A stretch of 64,000 nucleotides of DNA from assembly GCA_002269645.1 (NCBI GenBank), contig NIVC01003305.1, forward strand, positions 1-64,000. The letters are read 5' to 3'. The notes beneath the pieces were generated by a model that was given only the letters and a program-made list of their open reading frames with translations, made no database searches and was not told where the DNA came from. Origin of the DNA: Macrostomum lignano (Eukaryota). Position 1 is the stretch's first letter, and the number at the start of each line of letters is the position of its first letter. The translations under genes and the position numbers were made by a program. Shown piece by piece: positions 1 to 8,908 of this stretch.

Positions 1-42
1 GAGGATCTGCTGTTTCGCGCTCATTGTTGGGGACGAGAAAAG
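1..42 (+). CDS. PPM1H: PPM1H/J/M-like PP2C phosphatase, internal exon (partial, runs off the window edge)
   Basis: Reads EDLLF then (frame change) LIVGDEK, matching PPM1H DLKFPLIYGEGKK. Ends at AG|GCGAGT, a GC donor at 43-48. Needs compensating 1-nt indels to stay in frame. Confidence 0.6.
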
Positions 43-280
43 GCGAGTAAATAGAAAGTTGAAGAATGATTGATTGTGCTCGCTTCAAAAGAATTGTTTG
101 AATAAGCTTTAAATAATGAAATTTTCGCCATTGAAGTTGTCTCGCGCAAACGCGTAATAACTGCCCTATTAAACTTGCCTCTGTGCGAGCACCCGAAGGA
201 GAATTCCCTACAATCGCCCCAACTAATCTGCAAGCGCAAAAGCCTGGCTCTAACAGTTGCCACCCCGCCACACGCTGCAG

Positions 281-543
281 TCCCGCCTGCTGGCCACAAT
301 AGGCGTCGCCCGCGGCTTCGGCGATCACGACCTGCGCGTGTTCGACTCGCCAATTCAGTTGAAACCTTTTCTGAGCTGCGTGCCTCAGGTGACAGTTGTA
401 CAGACTGCTGAGCAAGACGGCTGCGAAGATGTGCTTGTCATGGCAACAGATGGTCTATGGGACGTGATCAGTTGCGAGGCGGTCGCCAAGACGGTGCAGA
501 GAGCTGCCTGAATCAAGCCGAGAAGCCGCACTGCGGCTAATAG
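281..543 (+). CDS. PPM1H: PPM1H-like PP2C phosphatase, catalytic-domain exon
   Basis: After ctgcag acceptor (279-280) it reads SRLLATIGVARGFGDHDLRVFDSPIQLKPFLSCVPQV...VLVMATDGLWDV, matching PPM1H ARVMATIGVTRGLGDHDL...KPFLS...ATDGLWDV. Donor gtgagg at 544. In-frame TGA at 509-511 suggests an indel. Confidence 0.85.
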
Positions 544-699
544 GTGAGGCGGCCGCTGTGCGGTCTGGGGCCCTGGTCAGTCTTTTAAAATAAGGTTTAA
601 AATAACATTTTTTGTGGAAGCAACATAGTGTCAAAACGAATTTCCTGGGATTTGAGATCGTTGCTGCACTGACCGTCTTGGGGTGTATGCGTGTCCTTG

Positions 700-870
700 C
701 AGTCCAGCAGGTGACATCGTAAAGGTGATACTTGAGCTGCCTCTGCGCTAGGTGAGGCTACCAGGCGAAGGAGCCAATAAATAGACCACCTGGAAGGCAT
801 CATGCCTCATAAGCTGGTGTTATCGGACACCTGAAGGCATCATGCCTCAGAACTGGTATCCTGCCAGTAA
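700..870 (-). repeat. Dispersed repeat fragment (family also at about 1990-2050 and 4060-4150 on +)
   Basis: Reverse complement ccaggtggtctatttattggctccttcg...cacctagcgcagaggcagctc aligns with ccaggtggtccatttaccagctcctttcg...cgcctagcgcaatggcagctc at 4089-4148 and gaccaggtggtccctttaccagctcc at 2021-2046. Confidence 0.6.
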
Positions 871-2195
871 GACCCACCTGGAATTCGAGGATCCTAGGCT
901 TATGAGATATGTTCAGAGTGTTGCGCTGCTTCCGAGTTCTTGATGATGTACCTAAATTTGAACTCGATGCTCCGGAAGTAGCTAGATAGTACCGTTGTAC
1001 TACCTATCGATTTGCCTGTGAAAACCTAAAACGTTAGCCTTAGACTTGGTAGGGTTGCTGCACCTTGGTTTGCGGACTCGACGCGTCCGTAACCTGAAAT
1101 AAAATAACGAAGTCGCTTGGAGCAGGCAAATCTGAAAATGTCTCGACAGTTTGATCGTTTCTAAAATAGCTGCTAGAACCTGAAAAACCTGAAATCCTGA
1201 AATGAGAGATGAGTGCTCGGAGGCAGAGAAGCAGCTCCGGACGAGGCCCAAGCGCGGCGGCAAGGATGCAAGGTCTGGGGAAAAACGGCTCCCAGATGCT
1301 CTGTATTTATAGCCGATCGGACCCCCAAAAGTCGTGAGTCTCAAGGGGTTGAGCGCGTGAAACTTCCTTATTTGAGCCTCGAGTCATGCAAGAGATGCGT
1401 GACTCAAGGCCAACTTCCAAATAAGGTAACCCTGTCACGCCGCCGTGGCGTGACTCAAGGTCAGCTGCCACGCACAACTAGCGTGCAGTCACGTGCTTTT
1501 CTGTGCTAAAAATAGATTTGGGCGGATGAGTCATCCTGTTTACTCCCTCTAGACAGCCATTACACTCAGGGCAGGTGATAAGTCATCCTGCTATGCCTCC
1601 TCAGCGCGGGTGGGAAGACATTGTGTGTGGCTGCCCACGCCTGCTCGGGCGATGAGTCATCGGGAAGTAAACACTCAGGCCCAGCACAGGGTAACTCTCT
1701 CTCTAGGTCAGGTGGACTGAGCTGCTGTGCAGCGGAACACAGAGCTCTTAAGGAAAGCTAGTGAATGCTGCTGAAAAGCCAGTTAGCACCAGTCACTACA
1801 AGAGCTCTGGTTGATAGGCTGTCACCAAAAGCCTAGAATTAGACCAATTAATTGTTCGCTACTCCCCTAGAGTAATAACTCATTGGATGCCAAGAGTAAG
1901 TTGTGAGTATAATCTCCTAGACGGCCCCTCTCTCTTCAGCCGATCCGCTCCGGCACAGGGAATCCCGTTTGTTTCCAGTGGGTCACACTGCAGGGTACCA
2001 GCTTCTGGGGCGCGAAGCCAGACCAGGTGGTCCCTTTACCAGCTCCCTGCACGGGTAGGTGAGCAGGCACACGCTCACACAGACTTAATAATTGTGTTTG
2101 GGTGTGCAAGCGACTTATTCTATTTATTCTATTCTTACTACTAGCCCCATTCTTCGAGTAGCCAGTTGAGGTTTTCTGTTTACAATTGTTTACAG

Positions 2196-2419
2196 CCAGA
2201 GCGCATCTATTCCAGCCTGACCATTGTCGCCCAAGAGCTGGTCGGAGCTGCACGAGGCGCCTGCAGAAGCCGGAGCGACCCGGTGGCGGGGGCGGCGGCA
2301 GCTGGCGACTCCCAGACGGCGAGCAGGCGTCAGTTGACGACATTTCCTGCTTTGTGATCCCGCTGGATCTGCACAGCCGGCTGTCTCGAGCTGAGCGGCA
2401 GGAGGACGGACAGTATTGA
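2196..2419 (+). CDS. PPM1H: PPM1H-like PP2C phosphatase, terminal exon (1-nt frameshift near 2258)
   Basis: TIVAQELVGAARG in one frame continues as LQKP...GSWRLPDGEQASVDDISCFVIPL in another, matching PPM1H TLAAQDLVMRARG...WR...SGDDISVYVIPL. Acceptor is 2195 or 2215; stop at 2417-2419. Confidence 0.8.
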
Positions 2420-2807
2420 ATTATCAGCATTCCATATTGTGCTGCGATGAAGTACTTACTCGAGATTCCAGAGTTTATGTTTCTATTCCGGATATCTCTA
2501 CATACATTACTAGATTATTTACTAGCACACACGCTTTTAGTGCTGATTGCATTACTTGCGTTTATTCGCATATAATATTAGCATGCTTTTATCAGCGATT
2601 AGAATTGGAATATTGTTGGATTATATCTTGTCACATGGTTAAACTGTGATCATTTCTCTGTATGAAACTTATACAGATTTGCTGAGACAATAATAACTAG
2701 TTTCTATTTCAACTGCTACGCTGAACTTGTCTTTCATTTATATTTCTTTCTTCCCTTCGATTTCACGTTAATAAATATGCTGTTTAGCTGTGTGCAGGTT
2801 GCTCTAA

Positions 2808-3315
2808 GGGTGAGGTGGGTGCAGGGTGAGTTAGGAGCAGGGTGAGTTGGGAGCAGGGGTGAGTTTGGAGCAGGTTGAGGTGGGTGCAGGGGTGAGTTAG
2901 GAGCAGGGTGAGATGGGTTCATTAGGGAAATGGGAGCAGGGGTGAGGTGGGTTTATTGGTGAAGTGAGAGCAGGGGTGAGTTAGGAGCAGGGTGAGGTGG
3001 ATGCAGGGATGAGGTGGGTGCAGGGTGAGTTAGGAGCAGGGTGAGATGGGTTCATTAGGGAAATGGGAGCAGGGGTGAGGTGGGTTTATTGGTGAAATGA
3101 GAGCAGGGGTGAGTTAGGAGCAGGGTGAGGTGGATGCAGGGATGAGGTGGGTGCAGGGGTGAGGTGAGTTTAGAGCAGGGTGAGGTGGGTGCAGGCAGGG
3201 GTGAGGTGGATGCAGGGGTGAGGTGGGAGCAGGGTGAGGTGGGTGCAGGGTGAGGTGGGTGCAGGGGTGAGTTTGGAGCAGGTTGAGGTGGGTGAGTTAG
3301 GAGCAGGTTGAGGTG
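2808..3315. repeat. G-rich minisatellite (about 17-18 bp units GGTGAGGTGGGTGCAGG / GGTGAGTTAGGAGCAGG)
   Basis: Tandem units directly visible. Confidence 0.9.
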
Positions 3316-3352
3316 ATTGCAGGGTCACGCAAGCCCTCACTGACCCGATGCA

Positions 3353-3753
3353 ATGGACCCATCTGGCACGTACTCGCCCCCGAGCGCGGAGGCAGCGAAG
3401 CGTGCAGGTCATCAGGGTGGCACCCCAGCCGGGCCGCACCAGGGCAGTCCCGTTCCGCTCTGAATGGCGCAGCCCTGCAGCACAACGCCTTCCTGCTAAC
3501 GTACTGCCGCACAGCCCTGGCCGCAGTGTCGGGCTGCACGGCCGGCATTCTGGGCCTGACCGGTCTGCTGGGCTTCGCATTCTACATGCTGGCGAGCGGC
3601 TACCTGTCCTGCCTGCTGCTCGCCAAGGCGGGCCGGGCCAGGTGGCGGTATTTTCCCTCGGCCTGGGCTCTGGCCTCCTCCGGCGTTATGGGCGAGCTCA
3701 TCACCTACATCACGTTCTGGACTTTCCTATACGGAATGGTGCATGTGTACTGA
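3353..3753 (+). CDS. EMC6: ER membrane protein complex subunit 6 (TMEM93)
   Basis: [39 protein letters not shown]...[12 protein letters not shown] matches EMC6, including the terminal [12 protein letters not shown]. The matching frame has no upstream ATG. ATG 3353 ([10 protein letters not shown]...SPVPL) joins it if 1 nt is missing near 3459. Confidence 0.92.
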
Positions 3754-4445
3754 CACTGGCGGCAATTCGTTATTATTCATAGCTTGCTAGTAGTCAATGT
3801 TTCTGCGTTATTGTTTCGTTGTCAGTTTGCATGCCCACTGGCTTTGGTGCACTTATCGGTAGGGGTTTCTAATTGTTGTTAAACGGGGTGCCGTAAGGCG
3901 CGGATCAGCCTAGTCAAGGGCCCTACCAACGAGAATAGGGGTGGGTCTTCAAAGGCGAGAGGTTTGGGGTCCTCACTGCGAAGCTCTTTATTATTTGCCA
4001 AAGGCCTGGCATCACCAAGCCGCTTAGTGCACCTGCTCCGATCTCCTCAGAGATCTAACTACCAGTACTTCTGGGCACAAGGGCTGACCAGGTGGTCCAT
4101 TTACCAGCTCCTTTCGCATGTAGCTTCGCCTAGCGCAATGGCAGCTCAAAGCAGCGATGCAAGATGGTCGGCCAGGCGGCCCCAGGTCGCACCACAGCCC
4201 TCCAGGATTAGTGCACCCATAAAACCTCAGATACAGACCGCCTTCACGATCTCTAATTGCTGAAAACTGGGGACTCTGAAACTTCTTTATGGCCCATTTA
4301 TCAACGGATTCTCATGCCTCAGCACCAAGCATTGTCCATAGGGTTGTTAGTCACGCTGCTCACTTTGAAACTCTGCTCTGTTCGTAATTATAAGATTAGC
4401 GACGCGGTCGGCTATAAATCAGCTACCATTGACAGCTACCATTGG

Positions 4446-4902
4446 TGGTGATTGACATTATCAACCAATAGCTAGCTCAACGCAAGTGCAGTGCAGTTCG
4501 ACTTTTTAATTTTAACTAGCGCCATCCCATAAAAAGTTGTACAATTGTACATGTACTCGTATATAGTCATAGAAGAGCAAATGATCTAAAAAATACATTT
4601 CATTATGGCAAATCGATCCAAGAGATCGAGCCTGCACTGTGTACTGCACACCGCGATGCGCTCGCTGTATTATGTGTCTCTTGATGCTGCTGGTGCGACT
4701 CGAGGGCGAATGAATAATCATTATTTATTGTACACACGGATAATTATTAATAATCAATTAATTTAGGCTTTGTTAGGCAGCCGCGAAAGTGCGGCTTGTC
4801 AAAAATTGAGTAGATCGCTCAATTGGATCCACGCGGTGTCTTACCATGCAAAATTAAGAGTCTTCGCAGTAAGAGACCGTCAAAACGGCAAAGAGAGTGG
4901 AA
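4446..4902. repeat. About 455-bp segmental duplication containing the SL RNA gene (copy 1; copy 2 is 5885-6360)
   Basis: Near-identical from tggtgattgacattatcaacc through caaaacggcaaa, plus a shared agagtggaat. Confidence 0.95.
4778..4889 (-). ncRNA. Spliced leader (SL) RNA gene, copy 1
   Basis: Minus strand: 45-nt exon GCCGTTTTGACGGTCTCTTACTGCGAAGACTCTTAATTTTGCATG (4889-4845) ending in ATG, donor GTAAG, hairpin AATTGAG-cgatcta-CTCAATT, Sm site AATTTTTGA (4807-4799), terminal hairpin GCCGC..GCGGC (4795-4780). 5' and 3' ends approximate. Confidence 0.93.
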
Positions 4903-5397
4903 TGGAAAACGCTCTCCAACAGTGCACAGCTCTGCGCTTGAGCCGCGAGCCCTAGGGCAAATGATTATGTTGAATTTCATCTACTCCAAGTAAGTTATGC
5001 CGACTATAGTGCAGCATTCTTGTGCACTGCAGCTTGAAAAGACGCGCCAGAAAGTGCATGTGCAGCTCTGCCTTTCGTTTCTTTTAGCCGACGACATGTT
5101 TAGACAGTGTGTACAAATTATGCGCCGCCTAACTAATTGATTAATATATTAATATAAATTAAATAAAACTATAGTTGCCGTGTTAGAGAGATACGATCGA
5201 AAAACTACTGAAGTGCATCGCGTCACCGCGTGGAAAGTGCGCATAGAAAATTATAAAGCACCACGGGGAATCGCGAATTTCTCCGTGATCGAGACCGAGT
5301 CGAAGCCGAAGGGAGCATATAGTAGTGTATTAATGCGTGCAGCAGCTGCATGGAATTAGTGTTTTAATGAGCGCGCGGCAGTTAAAGAGGCAAAAAA

Positions 5398-5514
5398 GAC
5401 AACAGCATTTGGTATTCCCAGGCGGTCACCCATCCAAGTACTAACCAAACCCAACGTTGCTTAACTTCGGTGATCAGACGAGAACCGGTGTTTTCAACGT
5501 GTATGGCCGTTGCC
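5398..5514 (-). rRNA. 5S rRNA gene
   Basis: Minus strand GGCAACGGCCATACACGTTGAAAACACCGGTTCTCGTCTGATCACCGAAGTTAAGC...AGTACTTGGATGGGTGACCGCCTGGGAATAC...GCTGTTGTC, followed by a T6 Pol III terminator (5397-5392). Helix I pairs fully; 117 nt. Confidence 0.95.
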
Positions 5515-5575
5515 ACTGGCTAATAGGAGCTTAGCTCATAATTAACCTGAAACCTGCAGCTATACATAATAACAT

Positions 5576-5823
5576 TAGTGGCGGCGCAGCACCAACTCCG
5601 ATTAGAGGGGGTGGTTGTTGGGTGGTCACCCCCCTTCGCCGGCGAATTTTTAGAGCATCGCATAAAATCTCACAAAAACGCATATAACGAGCTCGTACTA
5701 AAGAAATTATTGTGGGTCAGACCACGGAGGGATGGGAGGTACATGTAAGTCACCAACCCCAGGAGGGTAGGTAGGAGGTCGCCCGGGGCAGCAGCACCCT
5801 CTGCCCCCCCGCCGCCACCACTG
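5576..5823. mobile_element. Possible decayed MITE upstream of the 5S gene
   Basis: Imperfect inverted termini tagtggcggcg... / ...cgccgccaccactg; no convincing TSD. Confidence 0.3.
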
Positions 5824-5884
5824 ATACCTAATAGGTAGTACGCTTAATTACGGGGCGTCTCGTCTCATATATACGAGCAACAGT

Positions 5885-6360
5885 TGGTGATTGACATTAT
5901 CAACCAATAGCTAGCTCAACGCAAGTGCAGTGCAGTTCGACTTTTTAATTTTAATTAGCGCCATCCCATAAAAAAGTTGTACAATTGTACATGTACTCGT
6001 ATATATAGTCATAGAAGAGCAATTGATCTAAAAAATACATTTCATTATGGCAAATCGATCCAAGAGATCGAGCCTGCACTGTGTACTGCACACCGCGATG
6101 CGCTCGCTGCTATTTTGTCTCTTGATGCTGCTGGTGCGACTCGAGGGCGAATGAATAATATTATTCGTATTTATTGTACACACGGATAATTATTAATAAT
6201 CAATTAATTTAGGCTTTGTTAGGCAGCCGCGGAAGCGCGGCTTGTCAAAAATTGAGTAGATCGCTCAATTGGATCCACGCGGTGTCTTACCATGCAAAAT
6301 TAAGAGTCTTCGCAGTAAGAGACCGTCAAAACGGCAAATTCGTTAATAATAGAGTGGAAT
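5885..6360. repeat. About 455-bp segmental duplication containing the SL RNA gene (copy 2)
   Basis: Near-identical to 4446-4902, with a short local duplication (aattcgttaataa at 6337-6349 and 6358-6370). Confidence 0.95.
6224..6335 (-). ncRNA. Spliced leader (SL) RNA gene, copy 2
   Basis: Identical 45-nt exon (6335-6291), GTAAG donor and Sm site. The 3' hairpin differs at two positions (GCCGCGCTTCCGCGGC). Confidence 0.93.
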
Positions 6361-6419
6361 TCGTTAATAAGTTTGCCACGGGAGTGTCAAGCAGACAGCT
6401 TCCGGGCCACGCGTCAGCC

Positions 6420-8270
6420 GTTTTAAAATTGGCTCTTGCGCCTGTTTATTTAAAATAGTAATTTGGCGGTGTAAAAGACTGAGGTTAGACTTAGACTGCA
6501 TTGGTACTGCAGGGTAGTAAAACAGGTGCAAGAATACAGTAGTAAAATTAAGGTGCAATAAATGTAGAGCATTTAAAATGGAGAGCATAAGTCAATAGAG
6601 ATTACATTAATTGAAAAAGTAAATTAAATTGAGTAGATGCAATGAAAGTATAAGTTAATAAAGTAAAACAAATATATAAAAGATGAGTAAAACTGGTGCA
6701 TGAAGCTAAAACTAAAAAAGATGTGCAGAAATACCGTATGGGAGGAAGGCTCACAAAGAAGGCATCACAAAGTAAAAAAATAGGGCATCTGCAGGGTGGG
6801 TGATTCGCTCAGGTTGCGGATCTAATTAGACTGGGGAGTAGACAATCCTGTGCCATAATTGGCCAGCCCGGACCCTAGGTCCCAGCAGTGCCCAGGCGGA
6901 ATTATGAGCCTTCCTCCCTTACACAAGAGGACGCGCATTTATAGAATAATAGGGTGTAAATTGTCGCAGTTAGAAGAGCGTTAGCCAGTTGGCAATAGAA
7001 AGGCACTGTAAAAGCAGCATCGACTAGATGAGTAAAAATAAAAAGCAGCAAGGACTAGATAATAGAGAGCTGCATGGACTAGATTTACATGGTTTTGGCG
7101 GCGAGATCTACTATCCTGCAGCCTTCTCCATCAGCTCGGTGAGTTTGACTAATGTGTCTAATGGGGGATCTGGGAGCTTATGGTTTCTCCAGGCTTGCTT
7201 TGGAGGGGGGATTTCGAATCCGTGGATGGCGTTAGCTATAACTTTTTGGTACCATTTGGTGGCTACCTTTTCTACCCTGGGCTTAACCATGGGTATGTTA
7301 GCTATTTTGTGCAGATAGTTGATTCTGGTGAATTTGGGGGCATTGTAGCAGAGTCTGAGGTTGGTGTTTTGGATATGCTGGAGTTTGGTAAAGTTGGTGC
7401 TTCCCATGGACAGGAGAACTTGGGGGGCGTAGGTCATGGCACTCTCAATGTAAGCTCTGTGCAGGAGTCTGAAGGTTCTGCTGGGGACCTTGGTTAGTCG
7501 GGCAATCCTCCTGATCTGGAAGGTTCTGACCTCGCATTTATTGTGTATCTTTTGGACGTGTTGGTTAAGGCTGAGGTTTCTGTCCAAGGTGACCCCAAGC
7601 TGGAATGTAACGGAGTCTGTGTAGGGAATCTCTTCCCCATCGAGTTTAAGGGCTGGGGGGTCGTGTCGAGGTCCGGATTTGCACCGATTGTCGTAGAATT
7701 TGACTGCCTGACTCTTTTTGGCATTAACTTTGATGCCGTACTTCCCCAGCCAGGGTTGAAGGTTTTCTATGTATTTTTGGAGATGCCCTGCGGCATACTT
7801 GGGGCTAATAGACCTGGCCCAAATGGCCATATCATCCGCATATTGACTAGTCTGGACGCAGGGACCCGAGGGTTTGGGCATCGTGCTAACATAGAGGTTA
7901 AAGAGGAGTGGGTTGAGGACCCCGCCCTGGGGGACCCCTGCCTGGGGGACGAAGACCTCACCCAGGCTCTCGCCCACCTTTACTATGATCCTTCTGTCAT
8001 GCATGTAGCTGGATGTAATTCTGACTAGGGTACGTGGCATTTGTATTTCTGTGGTCCTGTGTCTGAGCATGTCATGCCTGACTGAGTCGAAGGCTGCCTC
8101 AACATCTAGGAATAGACCCAAGTGTTTATAGTTTCTGTGTCTCTCTTCTTTGACATCTTGAACTAGTCGGAAAACATTGTCCGGGGCCCCGTGATAGGCG
8201 CGGTATGCACACTGGTTGCTGCCCAGGACCCCCTTCTCTTCCATCCACGGGATGAGTCTTTTTTTCTGGG
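6420..8270 (-). mobile_element. 5'-truncated non-LTR retrotransposon (LINE; Jockey/I-group-like)
   Basis: RT ORF followed by a long T-rich 3' UTR with AATAAA at 6450-6445. The 3' boundary is approximate. Confidence 0.7.
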
Positions 8271-8277
8271 CTGGCAT
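7111..8277 (-). CDS. Reverse transcriptase (LINE ORF2, N-terminally truncated, uninterrupted)
   Basis: Motifs NQCAYR, FLDVEAAFDSV, GVPQGGVLNPLLFNLY, QYADD, LGVTLD. No endonuclease and no RPISL-type motif upstream. Confidence 0.93.
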   Translation of the reverse strand: MPAQKKRLIPWMEEKGVLGSNQCAYRAYHGAPDNVFRLVQDVKEERHRNYKHLGLFLDVEAAFDSVRHDMLRHRTTEIQMPRTLVRITSSYMHDRRIIVKVGESLGEVFVPQAGVPQGGVLNPLLFNLYVSTMPKPSGPCVQTSQYADDMAIWARSISPKYAAGHLQKYIENLQPWLGKYGIKVNAKKSQAVKFYDNRCKSGPRHDPPALKLDGEEIPYTDSVTFQLGVTLDRNLSLNQHVQKIHNKCEVRTFQIRRIARLTKVPSRTFRLLHRAYIESAMTYAPQVLLSMGSTNFTKLQHIQNTNLRLCYNAPKFTRINYLHKIANIPMVKPRVEKVATKWYQKVIANAIHGFEIPPPKQAWRNHKLPDPPLDTLVKLTELMEKAAG

Positions 8278-8908
8278 CCCAGCGCGCTTTTATACCCTGT
8301 TTTTATCTGGCCATAGTTGCCTCCAATTCTTCGGAGTTATGAGCTCTGCCCTCCCTGCCCGGTCCATCCTGCTCTGTCCTTGGTCCATCTGCTGGCTCCT
8401 CTGGTTGTCTCCCTGCCTAAGTGTCTCTGGCTCTCATCCTGACAGGATTGGTGTCCTGGGGAATGAGTTCGTCCCGAATCGGGGATACCGGCTGAGTTCG
8501 GGTCCTCTTGCTCCTTGTGCCCCTTCCTGACCCCTTGGCCTGGCCTCCAATATTGAGCTGGTTAGGTGACACCCTTGTGGCTTGCAGCCCTATAGGTAGT
8601 AGCAATATCCTGCCTGATAGGAGACTCGCCCTCGGAAACAAGCCTTCCAGACTCGCTCCAATAATTAAGCCATTTCCGTAGACTTCGGGGTTTCCCCGCT
8701 CTCGGACCGCTTTCAGTAGTAACCCAAGCTTTTTTCGCTTTTTCAATTTTTTTCTGCGCACTCCCGAAGACTTGTCTGCTGTGTGGTGGCCTGGGTGGAC
8801 TCGGTCCTAGTACCGTCCCTGATTCCACTAATATTGGGTTGGCGGTGTCTTAGTCCATAAGGCTTGGGTTAGTAGCTCCAATACACCTTTTTCTCACCAG
8901 AGTCTTGA

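Noticed and set aside
3448-3460. EMC6 start codon supplied by the SL AUG at an in-frame acceptor (3447)
   Set aside because: No pyrimidine tract at that AG; a 1-nt deletion after ATG 3353 aligns better with EMC6 N-termini. Not fully excluded.
4446-6360. LTR/TRIM (Cassandra-like) retroelement with a 5S sequence between direct repeats
   Set aside because: No PBS, PPT or TSD; the direct repeats are explained as SL RNA genes.
8417-8828. LINE ORF1 or endonuclease fragments upstream of the RT
   Set aside because: No CCHC knuckles or APE motifs recognisable in any frame.
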